In this document: positions 10,762 to 19,823 of the stretch, piece after piece
Position numbering within the stretch: the first letter of the stretch is position 1
How the letters are laid out: each line of letters opens with the position of its first letter
Source: Candidatus Hydrogenedentota bacterium
GTDB taxonomy: Bacteria; Hydrogenedentota; Hydrogenedentia; Hydrogenedentales; SLHB01
Assembly: GCA_963668025.2 (NCBI GenBank)
Contig: CAXXTH010000018.1
Coordinates: 160,001 to 224,000, forward strand
DNA: 64,000 nucleotides
Reading direction: 5' to 3'
Translations under genes and position numbers: made by a program
The notes under the pieces: generated by a model
Seen by the model: only the letters and a program-made list of their open reading frames with translations
What the model was told of the DNA's origin: nothing
Databases searched by the model: none

Positions 10762-12696
10762 TTATGGCTGCACGTTCGTTTCTTTTTGCATGGCCAGCAA
10801 GGACGCTCCGGCATCGTTGGCCACCAGGAGGACATCCCGGCTGCCTACGGAATCCGCCTGCACCAGCGGGAAATGGCGCAGTTCAGGGCCAAACACCAAG
10901 AACCAGCGCCAGTCATTTTCTTTCACGAACAGAAACGCCGGTTCGGGCTTCTCGAAGGCTTGGGAGAAGGAGCGCACCTCTTTCGTCAAGACCCACTGGA
11001 AATCCGCCGCCATTTGCGAATCCACCTTCTTGTCTTCAAGGACCGTTTTGCGGATGGCCTCACGCAAGGCTTCCATCTCGGCATCCGCCACCGTGCCCAG
11101 ATCGGCGATGGAAACTTTTTTCACGGCCTTCACGATATCCTCGCGCAGCCGTTTCTGGGTCAGGGCCATTTTGAGCGGGCTCATGCCTTCCGGCAGCTCC
11201 ATGGGCACCACATCCGTGAAGACGGCTTCGTGAGAATGCTTTGAATAATACACATAGGCCTCGCGTGTGAAGCCCACGGAGTAAAGACGGTACGGTACGG
11301 ATTTTTCACTAAGACGCCGCAACGGCGTGCAGAACGAGCGAGCGCCCTTGAATTCATTCACGACGGGGAATACAAACAAGGCGATAAGAATCGACATGGC
11401 CGCGAAATGGACCGCCACCAGGCGGTGAATCCCCTCACCGCCGGTCATCTTGGCCCGCCGGAAGGCGTCTGCCGCCAATACAGCCGTGAATGTGCTGAAA
11501 ATCAGAAGCCCGCTCGTCCATTCATCCCGGTATTCCGTGGCCAGCAAGGCAAAAGGCGCCGCCGCGAGCAGGGCAAGCAACACGCCCCAGGCAAATAGCG
11601 TTCTTTTCCGCCAGCGAATACGCTCCGAATCAACCAAGTCGGTGACGCTGCGGGCCAAGAGTATGGCGAAGCCGGGATACAACGGCAGTAGATAGAGCTC
11701 TCGCTTATCCATGGCAATGGTGAAGAGGATGAATGCGGGAATAATCCAGCTCAGCACGAAGCGCATGCGTTCATCTTCCTTGCGCCGCAGCCAAACCCAT
11801 GGCAAGGTCCAGGGCAAAAAGAGCGTCCATGGGAACAGGTCCATGGGCAGGGCGATGAGGTAATACCATGGCCATTCCCGGTGGCTCACGCCAAGGAACA
11901 GGCGTCCAATAGTCTGGCGAAGCAAATTAGAGGCTACGGTCTGCTGCGTCGAGGCGGCGCGTTCGATGGACGCCGCATGCCACGCAGGGATAAGCCACAG
12001 CGAGATGAGCGCCGCGATGGCCAGCACGCCCCAGAGCAAATGCATCTGCCGCCGTTCTTCCCGCCGCCGCCAGTAGAACGTGAAGGCGAACAACAGCGGC
12101 AAAATGACGCCTGGCGGGCCTTTCGCGAATACCGCGGCGGCCACAGCCCCATAAAACGCCATCAACCAAGCCGTACGGCGGCCCTCATGCCAGCGCCAGA
12201 AAGCATACAATGCCGCCGTGAGGCATCCCGTAAGGGCCATATCGGTCTGGGCGCTGCGCGCCTGCCACCAGAAGCGCAAACAGGTGATAAGAATCACGCC
12301 CGACCAAAGGGCTATGCGGGGGCCGTAGAGGCGTTTCGCCAGCGAATAGGTGAGCAACACCGTGATGATGCCGAACAATATCGAAGGGATGCGCGCGGTC
12401 GTTTCCGAGACATCGCCAAAGGGGTAGGAAATAATGGCCATGGCCCAGAATAACAACGGCGGTTTTTCCATGTACGGCTCGCCATTGACATGCAGGGTGA
12501 GCCAGTCGCCGGATTGAAGGATTTCACGGCCCACCTGCCCGAATCGGGGCTCGTCGGCCGGCCATAAATCATATCCGCCAATGTTGATGCTGAACAGGAC
12601 AGCACTAAATACCAACAAGAACAAAATCGGTCGCATGGATTCCCGCATGGACGAGATAGGCCTTTCCTGGCTGAACATATTGGCACACACAAACAC
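10762..12696 (-). CDS. ArnT/PMT-type (GT39/GT83-like) membrane glycosyltransferase
   Basis: DLWPADEPRFGQVGREIL, YMEKPPLLFW, ARIPS, AKGPPG, HREWPWYY and KRELYLLPLYP motifs; many TM helices. True start is probably 16-20 codons downstream. Confidence 0.88.
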   Translation of the reverse strand: MFVCANMFSQERPISSMRESMRPILFLLVFSAVLFSINIGGYDLWPADEPRFGQVGREILQSGDWLTLHVNGEPYMEKPPLLFWAMAIISYPFGDVSETTARIPSILFGIITVLLTYSLAKRLYGPRIALWSGVILITCLRFWWQARSAQTDMALTGCLTAALYAFWRWHEGRRTAWLMAFYGAVAAAVFAKGPPGVILPLLFAFTFYWRRREERRQMHLLWGVLAIAALISLWLIPAWHAASIERAASTQQTVASNLLRQTIGRLFLGVSHREWPWYYLIALPMDLFPWTLFLPWTLPWVWLRRKEDERMRFVLSWIIPAFILFTIAMDKRELYLLPLYPGFAILLARSVTDLVDSERIRWRKRTLFAWGVLLALLAAAPFALLATEYRDEWTSGLLIFSTFTAVLAADAFRRAKMTGGEGIHRLVAVHFAAMSILIALFVFPVVNEFKGARSFCTPLRRLSEKSVPYRLYSVGFTREAYVYYSKHSHEAVFTDVVPMELPEGMSPLKMALTQKRLREDIVKAVKKVSIADLGTVADAEMEALREAIRKTVLEDKKVDSQMAADFQWVLTKEVRSFSQAFEKPEPAFLFVKENDWRWFLVFGPELRHFPLVQADSVGSRDVLLVANDAGASLLAMQKETNVQP

Positions 12697-12838
12697 AAGG
12701 CGCTATCCTAGCAGAACCATTCGGAACGCCGCCAATTTACGGGGCTCGCTCATGATTAAGTGAATGCCATATGGTATGATGCCATGTATGCAAGGGGGGC
12801 CTTGCACCAATATCCAAAAACAGACAGGAGTGTATGTC

Positions 12839-14179
12839 GTGTTACGTCTAGTCAGTTTGTTTGGGCTGGTATGCATGATGGCGTTGGCGTGGGCATTGTC
12901 GGAGCGCAGGCAGCGCATCCCATGGAGGATCGTGCTATGGGGGCTCGGGCTTCAATTCGCCGTGGGACTATTGCTACTGCCCACGCCCGTGCAGACCTAT
13001 GTGTTGCAGCCTATGTTCAAAGCCTTTGTTTGGCTTATCACCTTCGGATGCATCGAAACGCAATCCACGCCGGGCGAAATCGTATTCGTGGGCATGGCCA
13101 AGGTGGTGGATTTGCTCACGGGCGCCACCATCGAAGGGGCGAAGTTCATCTTCGGCACCCTCTCGACGGATTACAACATTGGCGCAGTGATGGCCTTCCA
13201 AGTGCTGCCGGTGATCATTCTAGTGTCATCCATCGCGGGCATCCTGTTTCATTTCCACATCATCCAGGCGGTTGTATGGTTCATGGCGTGGCTCATGCGC
13301 CGCACGCTCAAGACCTCCGGCGCGGAGACCTTCGGCACGGCCTTGCTGGTGTTCATGGGCATTGAATCCATGACCGCCATCCGGGCGTATATCGCCGCCA
13401 TGACCCGCTCCGAATTATGCACGGTCATGACCGCATTCATGGCCACCATCGCGGGCAGCGTCATGGTGGTCTACGCCACCTTCGGCGCGGAGCCTGGCAA
13501 TCTGCTTGCCGCCTCGCTCATGAGCGCGCCCGCGGCCATCCTCATCTCGAAACTCATGGTGCCCGAAACGGAGACTCCCGCCACACAGGGATTCGGAGGA
13601 ATAAAGGTCGAGGTCGAGAGCACTAATGTCGTGGACGCCGCCGCGCGCGGCGCGGCGCAGGGCCTAAATCTGGCATTGAACGTCGCCGCCATGATCATTG
13701 CGTTCCTCGGGCTCGTGTACATTCTTAACATGGCACTTGAAACAATGTCGCGCCCCTTGCTCGCCATGCTGTATGCCCCCATGGCCGCAAGCCACGGGTG
13801 GCCCGCGCTGGAATCCATTTCACTGCAAAGCCTGTTCGGATTTCTGTTCACGCCTTTCGCGTTTCTCATGGGTGTGCCCCGCGCCGACCTGCTCGAAGCG
13901 GGCCAGTTGCTGGGCGTCAAGACGGTAATGAACGAGTTTCTGGCGTATGCCCAATTGAAAGATTTACGCGATGTGATGTCTCCACGCGGCGTCACGATTA
14001 TCACATATGCATTATGCGGCTTCGCCAATCCGGGCAGCCTCGCCATCATTATCGCCGGCATGACGGGGCTTGCGCCCGAACGGCAAAAAGATATCGTCCA
14101 ACTAGGCCTCAAGGCCTTTATCGGCGGCACGCTGGCATGTTTCATGACGGCGTGCGTCGCGGGAGTCATTTATGCCTAA
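12839..14179 (+). CDS. nupC: NupC/NupG (CNT family) Na+/H+ nucleoside symporter
   Basis: IPWRIVLWGLGLQF, FQVLPVIILVSSI, FMATIAGSV, AASLMSAPAA, NEFLAY and YALCGFANPGS motifs. Probable GTG start at 12839 after aggag. Confidence 0.9.
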   Translation: MLRLVSLFGLVCMMALAWALSERRQRIPWRIVLWGLGLQFAVGLLLLPTPVQTYVLQPMFKAFVWLITFGCIETQSTPGEIVFVGMAKVVDLLTGATIEGAKFIFGTLSTDYNIGAVMAFQVLPVIILVSSIAGILFHFHIIQAVVWFMAWLMRRTLKTSGAETFGTALLVFMGIESMTAIRAYIAAMTRSELCTVMTAFMATIAGSVMVVYATFGAEPGNLLAASLMSAPAAILISKLMVPETETPATQGFGGIKVEVESTNVVDAAARGAAQGLNLALNVAAMIIAFLGLVYILNMALETMSRPLLAMLYAPMAASHGWPALESISLQSLFGFLFTPFAFLMGVPRADLLEAGQLLGVKTVMNEFLAYAQLKDLRDVMSPRGVTIITYALCGFANPGSLAIIIAGMTGLAPERQKDIVQLGLKAFIGGTLACFMTACVAGVIYA

Positions 14180-14978
14180 TCCTCAACAGATGCCGCGCGC
14201 ACTGACCATCGCTGGAAGCGATTCTAGCGGCGGCGCGGGCATTCAAGCCGATATCAAAACCTTCACCGCCCTGCGCGTTTATGGCATGAGCGCGATCACC
14301 TCCGTGACGGCCCAAAACACCGTAGGCGTCACGGGCGTGCATGACCTGCCTCCCGCGTTCGTGGCGGAACAGATCGACGATGTCGCGGGCGATATCGGCG
14401 TAGACGCCGCCAAGACAGGCATGCTATCGAACGCCGCCATCATCGAAGCTGTGGCGGACGCCATTGCGCGCCACCACATCGAGAGGCTCGTTGTGGATCC
14501 GGTCATGGTGGCCAAGAGCGGCGACCGCCTCCTCCAGGAACAAGCGCGCGAAGCCCTGGTCCAGCGCATACTGCCTCTTGCCTATATGGTGACTCCCAAT
14601 GCTCCCGAAGCGGCCATCCTCGCGGGCATCCCAGTCGAAACGCCCAAAGACGCCAGGGAAGCGGCGCACCGCATCGCGGCCCTCGGGCCGAAATATGTGC
14701 TCATGAAGGGCGGCCATCTCCATATGGAGGAGGCGGTGGATTACCTATTTGACGGTGAAGACATCATAGAATTCGCCGCACCGCGTTTCGCCACTAAAAA
14801 CACCCATGGCACCGGCTGCACCTATTCCGCGGCCATTGCAGCCCATCTCGCCAAAGGCGCAACCGCCTTGGCTGCGGTCCGCGCCGCGAAGAGCTATTTG
14901 ACGGAAGCCATCCGCCATTCCCTTAACCTGGGCAAAGGCCACGGCCCGTTGAATCATTTTTGGGAGTTTATAAAATAA
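14172..14978 (+). CDS. thiD: Hydroxymethylpyrimidine/phosphomethylpyrimidine kinase
   Basis: ALTIAGSDSSGGAGIQADIKT, KTGML, VVDPVMVAKSG, VTPN..EA, KGGH, THGTGCTYSAAI, GKGHGPLNHF. Confidence 0.96.
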   Translation: MPNPQQMPRALTIAGSDSSGGAGIQADIKTFTALRVYGMSAITSVTAQNTVGVTGVHDLPPAFVAEQIDDVAGDIGVDAAKTGMLSNAAIIEAVADAIARHHIERLVVDPVMVAKSGDRLLQEQAREALVQRILPLAYMVTPNAPEAAILAGIPVETPKDAREAAHRIAALGPKYVLMKGGHLHMEEAVDYLFDGEDIIEFAAPRFATKNTHGTGCTYSAAIAAHLAKGATALAAVRAAKSYLTEAIRHSLNLGKGHGPLNHFWEFIK

Positions 14979-15000
14979 CTAGAACTGTGACAACGATATA

Positions 15001-15351
15001 GTAACACAGTAGGACAAAAAATAGCTTTTTCGGCATGATTTACAAGATGAACAAGATCTTTTCGGATCACTATTCCGCCGCATCAGAAAAAACACCCAAA
15101 CAATCATGGATTAGCGCACTACGCTCCAGCTTCTACAAGAAAAACAAGAAGTTTTTTCGCCTACAGACGCAAGTAACTTTTTTGCAAGAGTTTAGCGAAT
15201 GCGAAAACCGCCAGATTCATGCCGTTCCATTGGGTGGTGGGCAACGCCCATGTCCGCTTTTCGAGACTCGTTGACAGATTTTATCCAATCTTATTCATCA
15301 TGTAAATCCTGTCCAAAAAGATGTCCTTGCTTCAGCCGGCTTAGGCGCTAT
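15001..15351. mobile_element. Degenerate MITE-like element, same family as 60326-60607
   Basis: Starts gtaacac and ends gatgtccttgcttcagccggcttaggcgctat (compare gatgcttttacttcagtcggctaaagtgttac at 60576-60607). Inner inverted arms catgatttacaagatgaacaagat (15034-15057) and atcttattcatcatgtaaatcctg (15288-15311) are shared with that element. Confidence 0.6.
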
Positions 15352-15425
15352 TCGAATTCTTGCTGGCCCAATTGCCCTATCACGCCAGCCTTGCATCGGA
15401 GGCGCTTACGCTTTACGATCAGTAC

Positions 15426-16283
15426 ATGAAAACAATATGCTTGAAACGATATGCCGCGCCGTGGGCGCTGGCGTTTGCCCTCTGTCTCGTAGCAGGATGC
15501 GCCTCGACGGCAAAACCCAAACCGGAACCGGATACCGCATCCATGCCTCCACGCGAACGGCTGGAACACCGCGTAGGCGAACTCCACGAGCAGCTCGCCC
15601 AAACGCCGGACGACGCTACGCTGCAATACCAGCTCGGCAATGCGTACTTCGACCTGATGGACTACCCAGCCGCGAAGGAGGCTTACGCCGCCGCCGTGAA
15701 GCTCAAACCAGATTACGCCAGCGCCTATTGCAATCTCGGCCTTACCCTGCGCCATCTTAAGGATTATAAGTCCGCCATTGCCGCTTATCGGCATGCCCTC
15801 GAACTCGTACCGGATGATATGGCCACACTGGGCAATCTGGCTGCGGCGCAGGAACTTGATGGCGATATAGAAGGAGCCGTCATGACGATGAGGCGCATGC
15901 TGGAAAAAGACTCCCGCGCCGCCGTCGTGTTGGATAAACTAGGCGAACTCGAATTCCGCATGGGAAACTATGCGGGCGCCTCGGACGCGTATGAAAAACT
16001 GCTTCAGCTTGACCCTGGCCATCCAGACGATTATTACTACCTAGGCCTTGCCCGCTACAATCTAGGAGACGATGACGGCGCGCTGTCGGCATGGAAGCTA
16101 GGCCTGGCTAAGGATCCCGAACACCTCCAAATCCTCAAGGCCATGCCGGAAGCGTATTACCGCAAACACGATTACGACAATGCATGGAACGCCGTGAAAG
16201 AATGTGAACGGCGTGGGCTGTTGCTCGAAGACGCCTTTATTCGAAAGTTACAAACCGATTCAGGGCGCTTAGGGCCCAGGTGA
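15426..16283 (+). CDS. TPR-repeat lipoprotein
   Basis: Lipobox LVAGC after a signal peptide from ATG 15426; several TPR units (YQLGNAY, AYCNLGLTL, YYYLGLARY). Confidence 0.88.
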   Translation: MKTICLKRYAAPWALAFALCLVAGCASTAKPKPEPDTASMPPRERLEHRVGELHEQLAQTPDDATLQYQLGNAYFDLMDYPAAKEAYAAAVKLKPDYASAYCNLGLTLRHLKDYKSAIAAYRHALELVPDDMATLGNLAAAQELDGDIEGAVMTMRRMLEKDSRAAVVLDKLGELEFRMGNYAGASDAYEKLLQLDPGHPDDYYYLGLARYNLGDDDGALSAWKLGLAKDPEHLQILKAMPEAYYRKHDYDNAWNAVKECERRGLLLEDAFIRKLQTDSGRLGPR

Positions 16284-16308
16284 GAGATAGCGAAGAGGGG
16301 GCGAAATC

Positions 16309-17124
16309 ATGTGGTTCAACATCAAGCGGGCAATTGTGAGCTTGCTGCGGGGTGCTTTGGGGCCTTTCCTCGACCGTCGCGTCTATACCGTCCGCCATGG
16401 CATCGCAGCCGGGCTCAAACGGCGAGGGGGCATTGGCTTCATCCGCCGCCCGCTCTGCCGCGAAGAGCAATTCATCCAAAGCCTCGATTTCGCTGGAAAA
16501 ACCTGTTACGACATCGGCGCATACCATGGCGTGTTTACCCTGTTCTTCGCCCGCGCCGTGGGGCCTGAAGGCCATGTGGCCGCCTTCGAGCCGAATCCGG
16601 ACAACCATGCGCATGTCGCGGAGAATATCCGGCTCAATGGCTTTGAGAATGTGCAGGTTTTCCCACTGGGCCTGGGGCGCGAACGCACTATGGCTTCCAT
16701 GGTCTTCCGGCCCTCTGAACGCTCCATGGGCAGCCTGCAAGCCGATCTCCAAGAGGAACTGCGCCAGCGCGGCGATACGCGGCGCATCACCATCGAAGTG
16801 GATACCCTCGACCATGTAATCGAGGCCCACGGGCTTCCCAAACCGGATTTCATCAAGATCGATGTGGAAGGCCTGGAAGGCGATGTGCTCGAGGGCATGG
16901 CGGACACTCTCGAACGCCACGCCCCCAGCCTATTCATCGAAGTCCATGGCGCAGGCCCCGAACGTAAAAAAGCTAATGCCCACTGCCTCGTTAATTATCT
17001 CCTTCCGCGCGGTTATGCCATTCAACATGTGGAATCCGGCAAATCAATCAGCGTTAACAACACCTCGGACGCCATGGAAGGGCATATGTACTGCACGAAA
17101 GCCCACGCTAATTCGCCGCGTTGA
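16309..17124 (+). CDS. FkbM family SAM-dependent methyltransferase
   Basis: [34 protein letters not shown] and LFIEVH motifs. Confidence 0.92.
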   Translation: MWFNIKRAIVSLLRGALGPFLDRRVYTVRHGIAAGLKRRGGIGFIRRPLCREEQFIQSLDFAGKTCYDIGAYHGVFTLFFARAVGPEGHVAAFEPNPDNHAHVAENIRLNGFENVQVFPLGLGRERTMASMVFRPSERSMGSLQADLQEELRQRGDTRRITIEVDTLDHVIEAHGLPKPDFIKIDVEGLEGDVLEGMADTLERHAPSLFIEVHGAGPERKKANAHCLVNYLLPRGYAIQHVESGKSISVNNTSDAMEGHMYCTKAHANSPR

Positions 17125-17983
17125 CGATAAAAGCCATATACGGATTGACGGGGAATTTATCGCCTGGCCAGCGGTTGAAGCTCACATGGCCATCCATGTA
17201 TAACACGTTCGCGCCGCCGGGTACATGGTTGTAATCTTCCGGCGTGGAGCTGAGCATATCCCACATGACCGCGAGAGTGGATTGTCCCATGCTAGAGGCA
17301 GCCGGGTTATTGATGTCCGTGATGAAATAGCGTTCTATCCCCGTCCGCAGGCGCATGACCGGAACCGTGCCCAACGTGGGATGCACCAGCGTCTGATCAC
17401 GGCCGGGTTGTTCGAATAGAGGTACAACGGCCCGAATCACATCATCGATTTGGCTCTGGTCCGTGGGATCAAATCCAGGCCAGCCCAGCAGGAAGCGATT
17501 ATCTTCTGGAACGGCATATCCCATATAGCAATAGGAAGCATCGCCAAGCAAGGCGAACGCACCGCATCCCGTGCTAGAGTCCAGGGCAAGGTTCCCGTTC
17601 TTCCCATACCACGTATCGCCGCTCGAACTGGGCTCCAACATTTGTCCGCCATTAGAGTCCGATGGACAGACCAGAATATGGACATCATTTAGATATTCGG
17701 GGTAAATATCGAGAGCATCGGGCATCCAAACATAATTGCGAGCTAGTATATCCGTATTCCAGTCGCATAACCGGACCTTGGGTGGGTAATACCCTTTGTT
17801 CTCATCGGCATACATCGCACAGGACAAGCCCAATTGCCTAAGGTTGTTCTGGCAAGAAGCCCGGCGGGCGGCTTCCCTGGCGCGCGAAAGAGCGGGAAGC
17901 AGAATGGCGGCCAAGACCGCGATAATGCCAATCACGACCAGCAATTCGATGAGTGTGAAACCTTTGAATCGATTCGTATACAT
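17108..17983 (-). CDS. DUF1559 prepilin-type N-terminal cleavage/methylation protein with H-X9-DG motif
   Basis: [63 protein letters not shown]. Confidence 0.93.
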   Translation of the reverse strand: MYTNRFKGFTLIELLVVIGIIAVLAAILLPALSRAREAARRASCQNNLRQLGLSCAMYADENKGYYPPKVRLCDWNTDILARNYVWMPDALDIYPEYLNDVHILVCPSDSNGGQMLEPSSSGDTWYGKNGNLALDSSTGCGAFALLGDASYCYMGYAVPEDNRFLLGWPGFDPTDQSQIDDVIRAVVPLFEQPGRDQTLVHPTLGTVPVMRLRTGIERYFITDINNPAASSMGQSTLAVMWDMLSSTPEDYNHVPGGANVLYMDGHVSFNRWPGDKFPVNPYMAFIVNAAN

Positions 17984-18062
17984 GGAAGCCTCCTCTATGA
18001 GTGTTGCGAGATATGTAAAGACAGGGATCTCTTGTTGATGCTGGGATTTTCAGAAATGGCGT

Positions 18063-18854
18063 TTATTGAGTTTGGTGGGCCGATGATGTCTGGCCATCTC
18101 TCTCATAAGAGAGAATGGCGTCCACCAAAATGCCCTCGCGGCTGTCCTGGTAAAACACACGCATCGGCAAGCGGCTTTTGCGCAGCGCATGAATGCGGAT
18201 ATGCTCTTCCCCTGAATCGTCATACATATCGAAAACGGCTAAATCCGGGGATATAGTTGCCTCCATGCTCTCCAAAGGCGTGGTGAGATGCGTCGAACCG
18301 CGAAGCGCGGAAACAAGCTCGTCAAATGTGAATCCATCCACGGAACGAAAACGCTCCAGTACGGATTGCACCATTAACCGGGCATTGCGCATATCTTCAC
18401 CTGGATCAGGCGCACCAGGAATCTTGTTCACTACCGCGGACCCATCCGGCCCGATGAGCACGGACTCATCGCCAGCAAGCAGGCGCATCCCGCCATCTGG
18501 CGACATAGCCAGTTCCAAACGGACCGGATGGGCCTTCCCAGAGGAGACGACATATATCGATGCATCAAATGTTTGGATCGACGCCAGTGATTCCATGACT
18601 TGCGCCCAGGTAGGCTTGGGAGCGGGCAAGAGCACCGCCACCATGAGGAATGCGAAGCCCGCCATTGCGACCGCCATCGCGGGACGCAACAACGCCCAGA
18701 TTCGGGATGCGCGGCGTTCGGGGTAGCGTTCCTTCGCAGCGAGATGCGCCGTGAAAAACCGCAGCTCTTGCGCCATGGCCTGTCGCACTTCTTCTGGGAT
18801 TTCCTTGCTCATATTCGTGTCCAGCATGTCTTGCAGTGAATCATTTTCATTCAT
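18063..18854 (-). CDS. Putative single-TM anti-sigma factor
   Basis: Start overlaps the stop of the ECF sigma gene; short cytoplasmic N-terminus, one TM helix, then TWAQVMESL and an extracytoplasmic domain. Confidence 0.65.
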   Translation of the reverse strand: MNENDSLQDMLDTNMSKEIPEEVRQAMAQELRFFTAHLAAKERYPERRASRIWALLRPAMAVAMAGFAFLMVAVLLPAPKPTWAQVMESLASIQTFDASIYVVSSGKAHPVRLELAMSPDGGMRLLAGDESVLIGPDGSAVVNKIPGAPDPGEDMRNARLMVQSVLERFRSVDGFTFDELVSALRGSTHLTTPLESMEATISPDLAVFDMYDDSGEEHIRIHALRKSRLPMRVFYQDSREGILVDAILSYERDGQTSSAHQTQ

Positions 18855-19383
18855 TGGGAATAACCTCATCCGTCGCGGAAGACCAGGGCCTCAACAATTC
18901 ACGCAATCGCGCGCGGCCCCGCTCCAGATGCTTGCGCACTGTGGAGCATTTGCATCCCAACACCTGTGCAATGGCCTCGAAATCCTCACCTTGAATAAGC
19001 CGCATGACAACCGCCGCTGCCTGGTTTCGCGAAAGCTGGCCAATCGCCTTCGTGATAGCGCTTCGTTTTTCGGCCAGCTCCAGCAGCACGTCCGCGCCTC
19101 GCGTATGCAACGGTTCTCCATACTGCGCCTTCGCTTCTTTCGTGCGGCGGCGCGCATTACGCCGGACCGTGTCGTACCCCGCGTTGATGCAGATACGCAA
19201 GATCAGTGCGTGCGGATTCGGATGCTTGCAAACGTGCTCGAAACGCCGCCAAATCACGCCCAGCGCCTCCTGAAAGGCCTCTTCCGCGTCATGCCGGTCC
19301 TGCGTAACCTGCCAGACCGCCCGCATCATCTTCTCTTCGATGGGAGCAATCAGCCTCTCATATTCGGATTGGGACAAACCCAA
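18847..19383 (-). CDS. ECF RNA polymerase sigma factor
   Basis: DAEEAFQEAL and LILRICINAGYD (region 2); LSRNQAAAVVMR...EAIAQVLGCKCSTVRKHLERGRARLRELL (region 4). Confidence 0.92.
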   Translation of the reverse strand: MGLSQSEYERLIAPIEEKMMRAVWQVTQDRHDAEEAFQEALGVIWRRFEHVCKHPNPHALILRICINAGYDTVRRNARRRTKEAKAQYGEPLHTRGADVLLELAEKRSAITKAIGQLSRNQAAAVVMRLIQGEDFEAIAQVLGCKCSTVRKHLERGRARLRELLRPWSSATDEVIPNE

Positions 19384-19823
19384 GGTCTCCTATGGTGAAG
19401 GCCTCCTGCGGCCCGTTTATATAATAGACGCTGGAAGCGAAGCATTTGTGTACAAAGAAATCCCCATAATCGGGAGCTGCACTAAAATTATTATAATCAT
19501 AATTCCTGGAAATATTTATTTATTGCTATTTATTAATATTATCTATTTCATCCAAAATACAGTATAATACACCTAAGGCTTGGCAGAAATTTCGCCGCAC
19601 AAAAAGACGTGAGAGGTGTCTCTTTACGACGGAATATCAAAACACGACAGTTGAACAACCCCATCCGACAATCCTCAAAGCTTGTTACGCCAAGGATGTC
19701 CGCGCATGCCTGTGTGGGAGCAGCATGTGCTTGCATGAATGCAACTCATTTTGGGACACATGGACTGAGACCCAAAACGCCCAATTGTCCACTGGGCAGG
19801 GTCGCAACCGGGAGGATGGTACA

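Noticed and set aside
12697-12838. TPP riboswitch upstream of nupC-thiD
   Set aside because: The region is short and lacks the conserved CUGAGA core.
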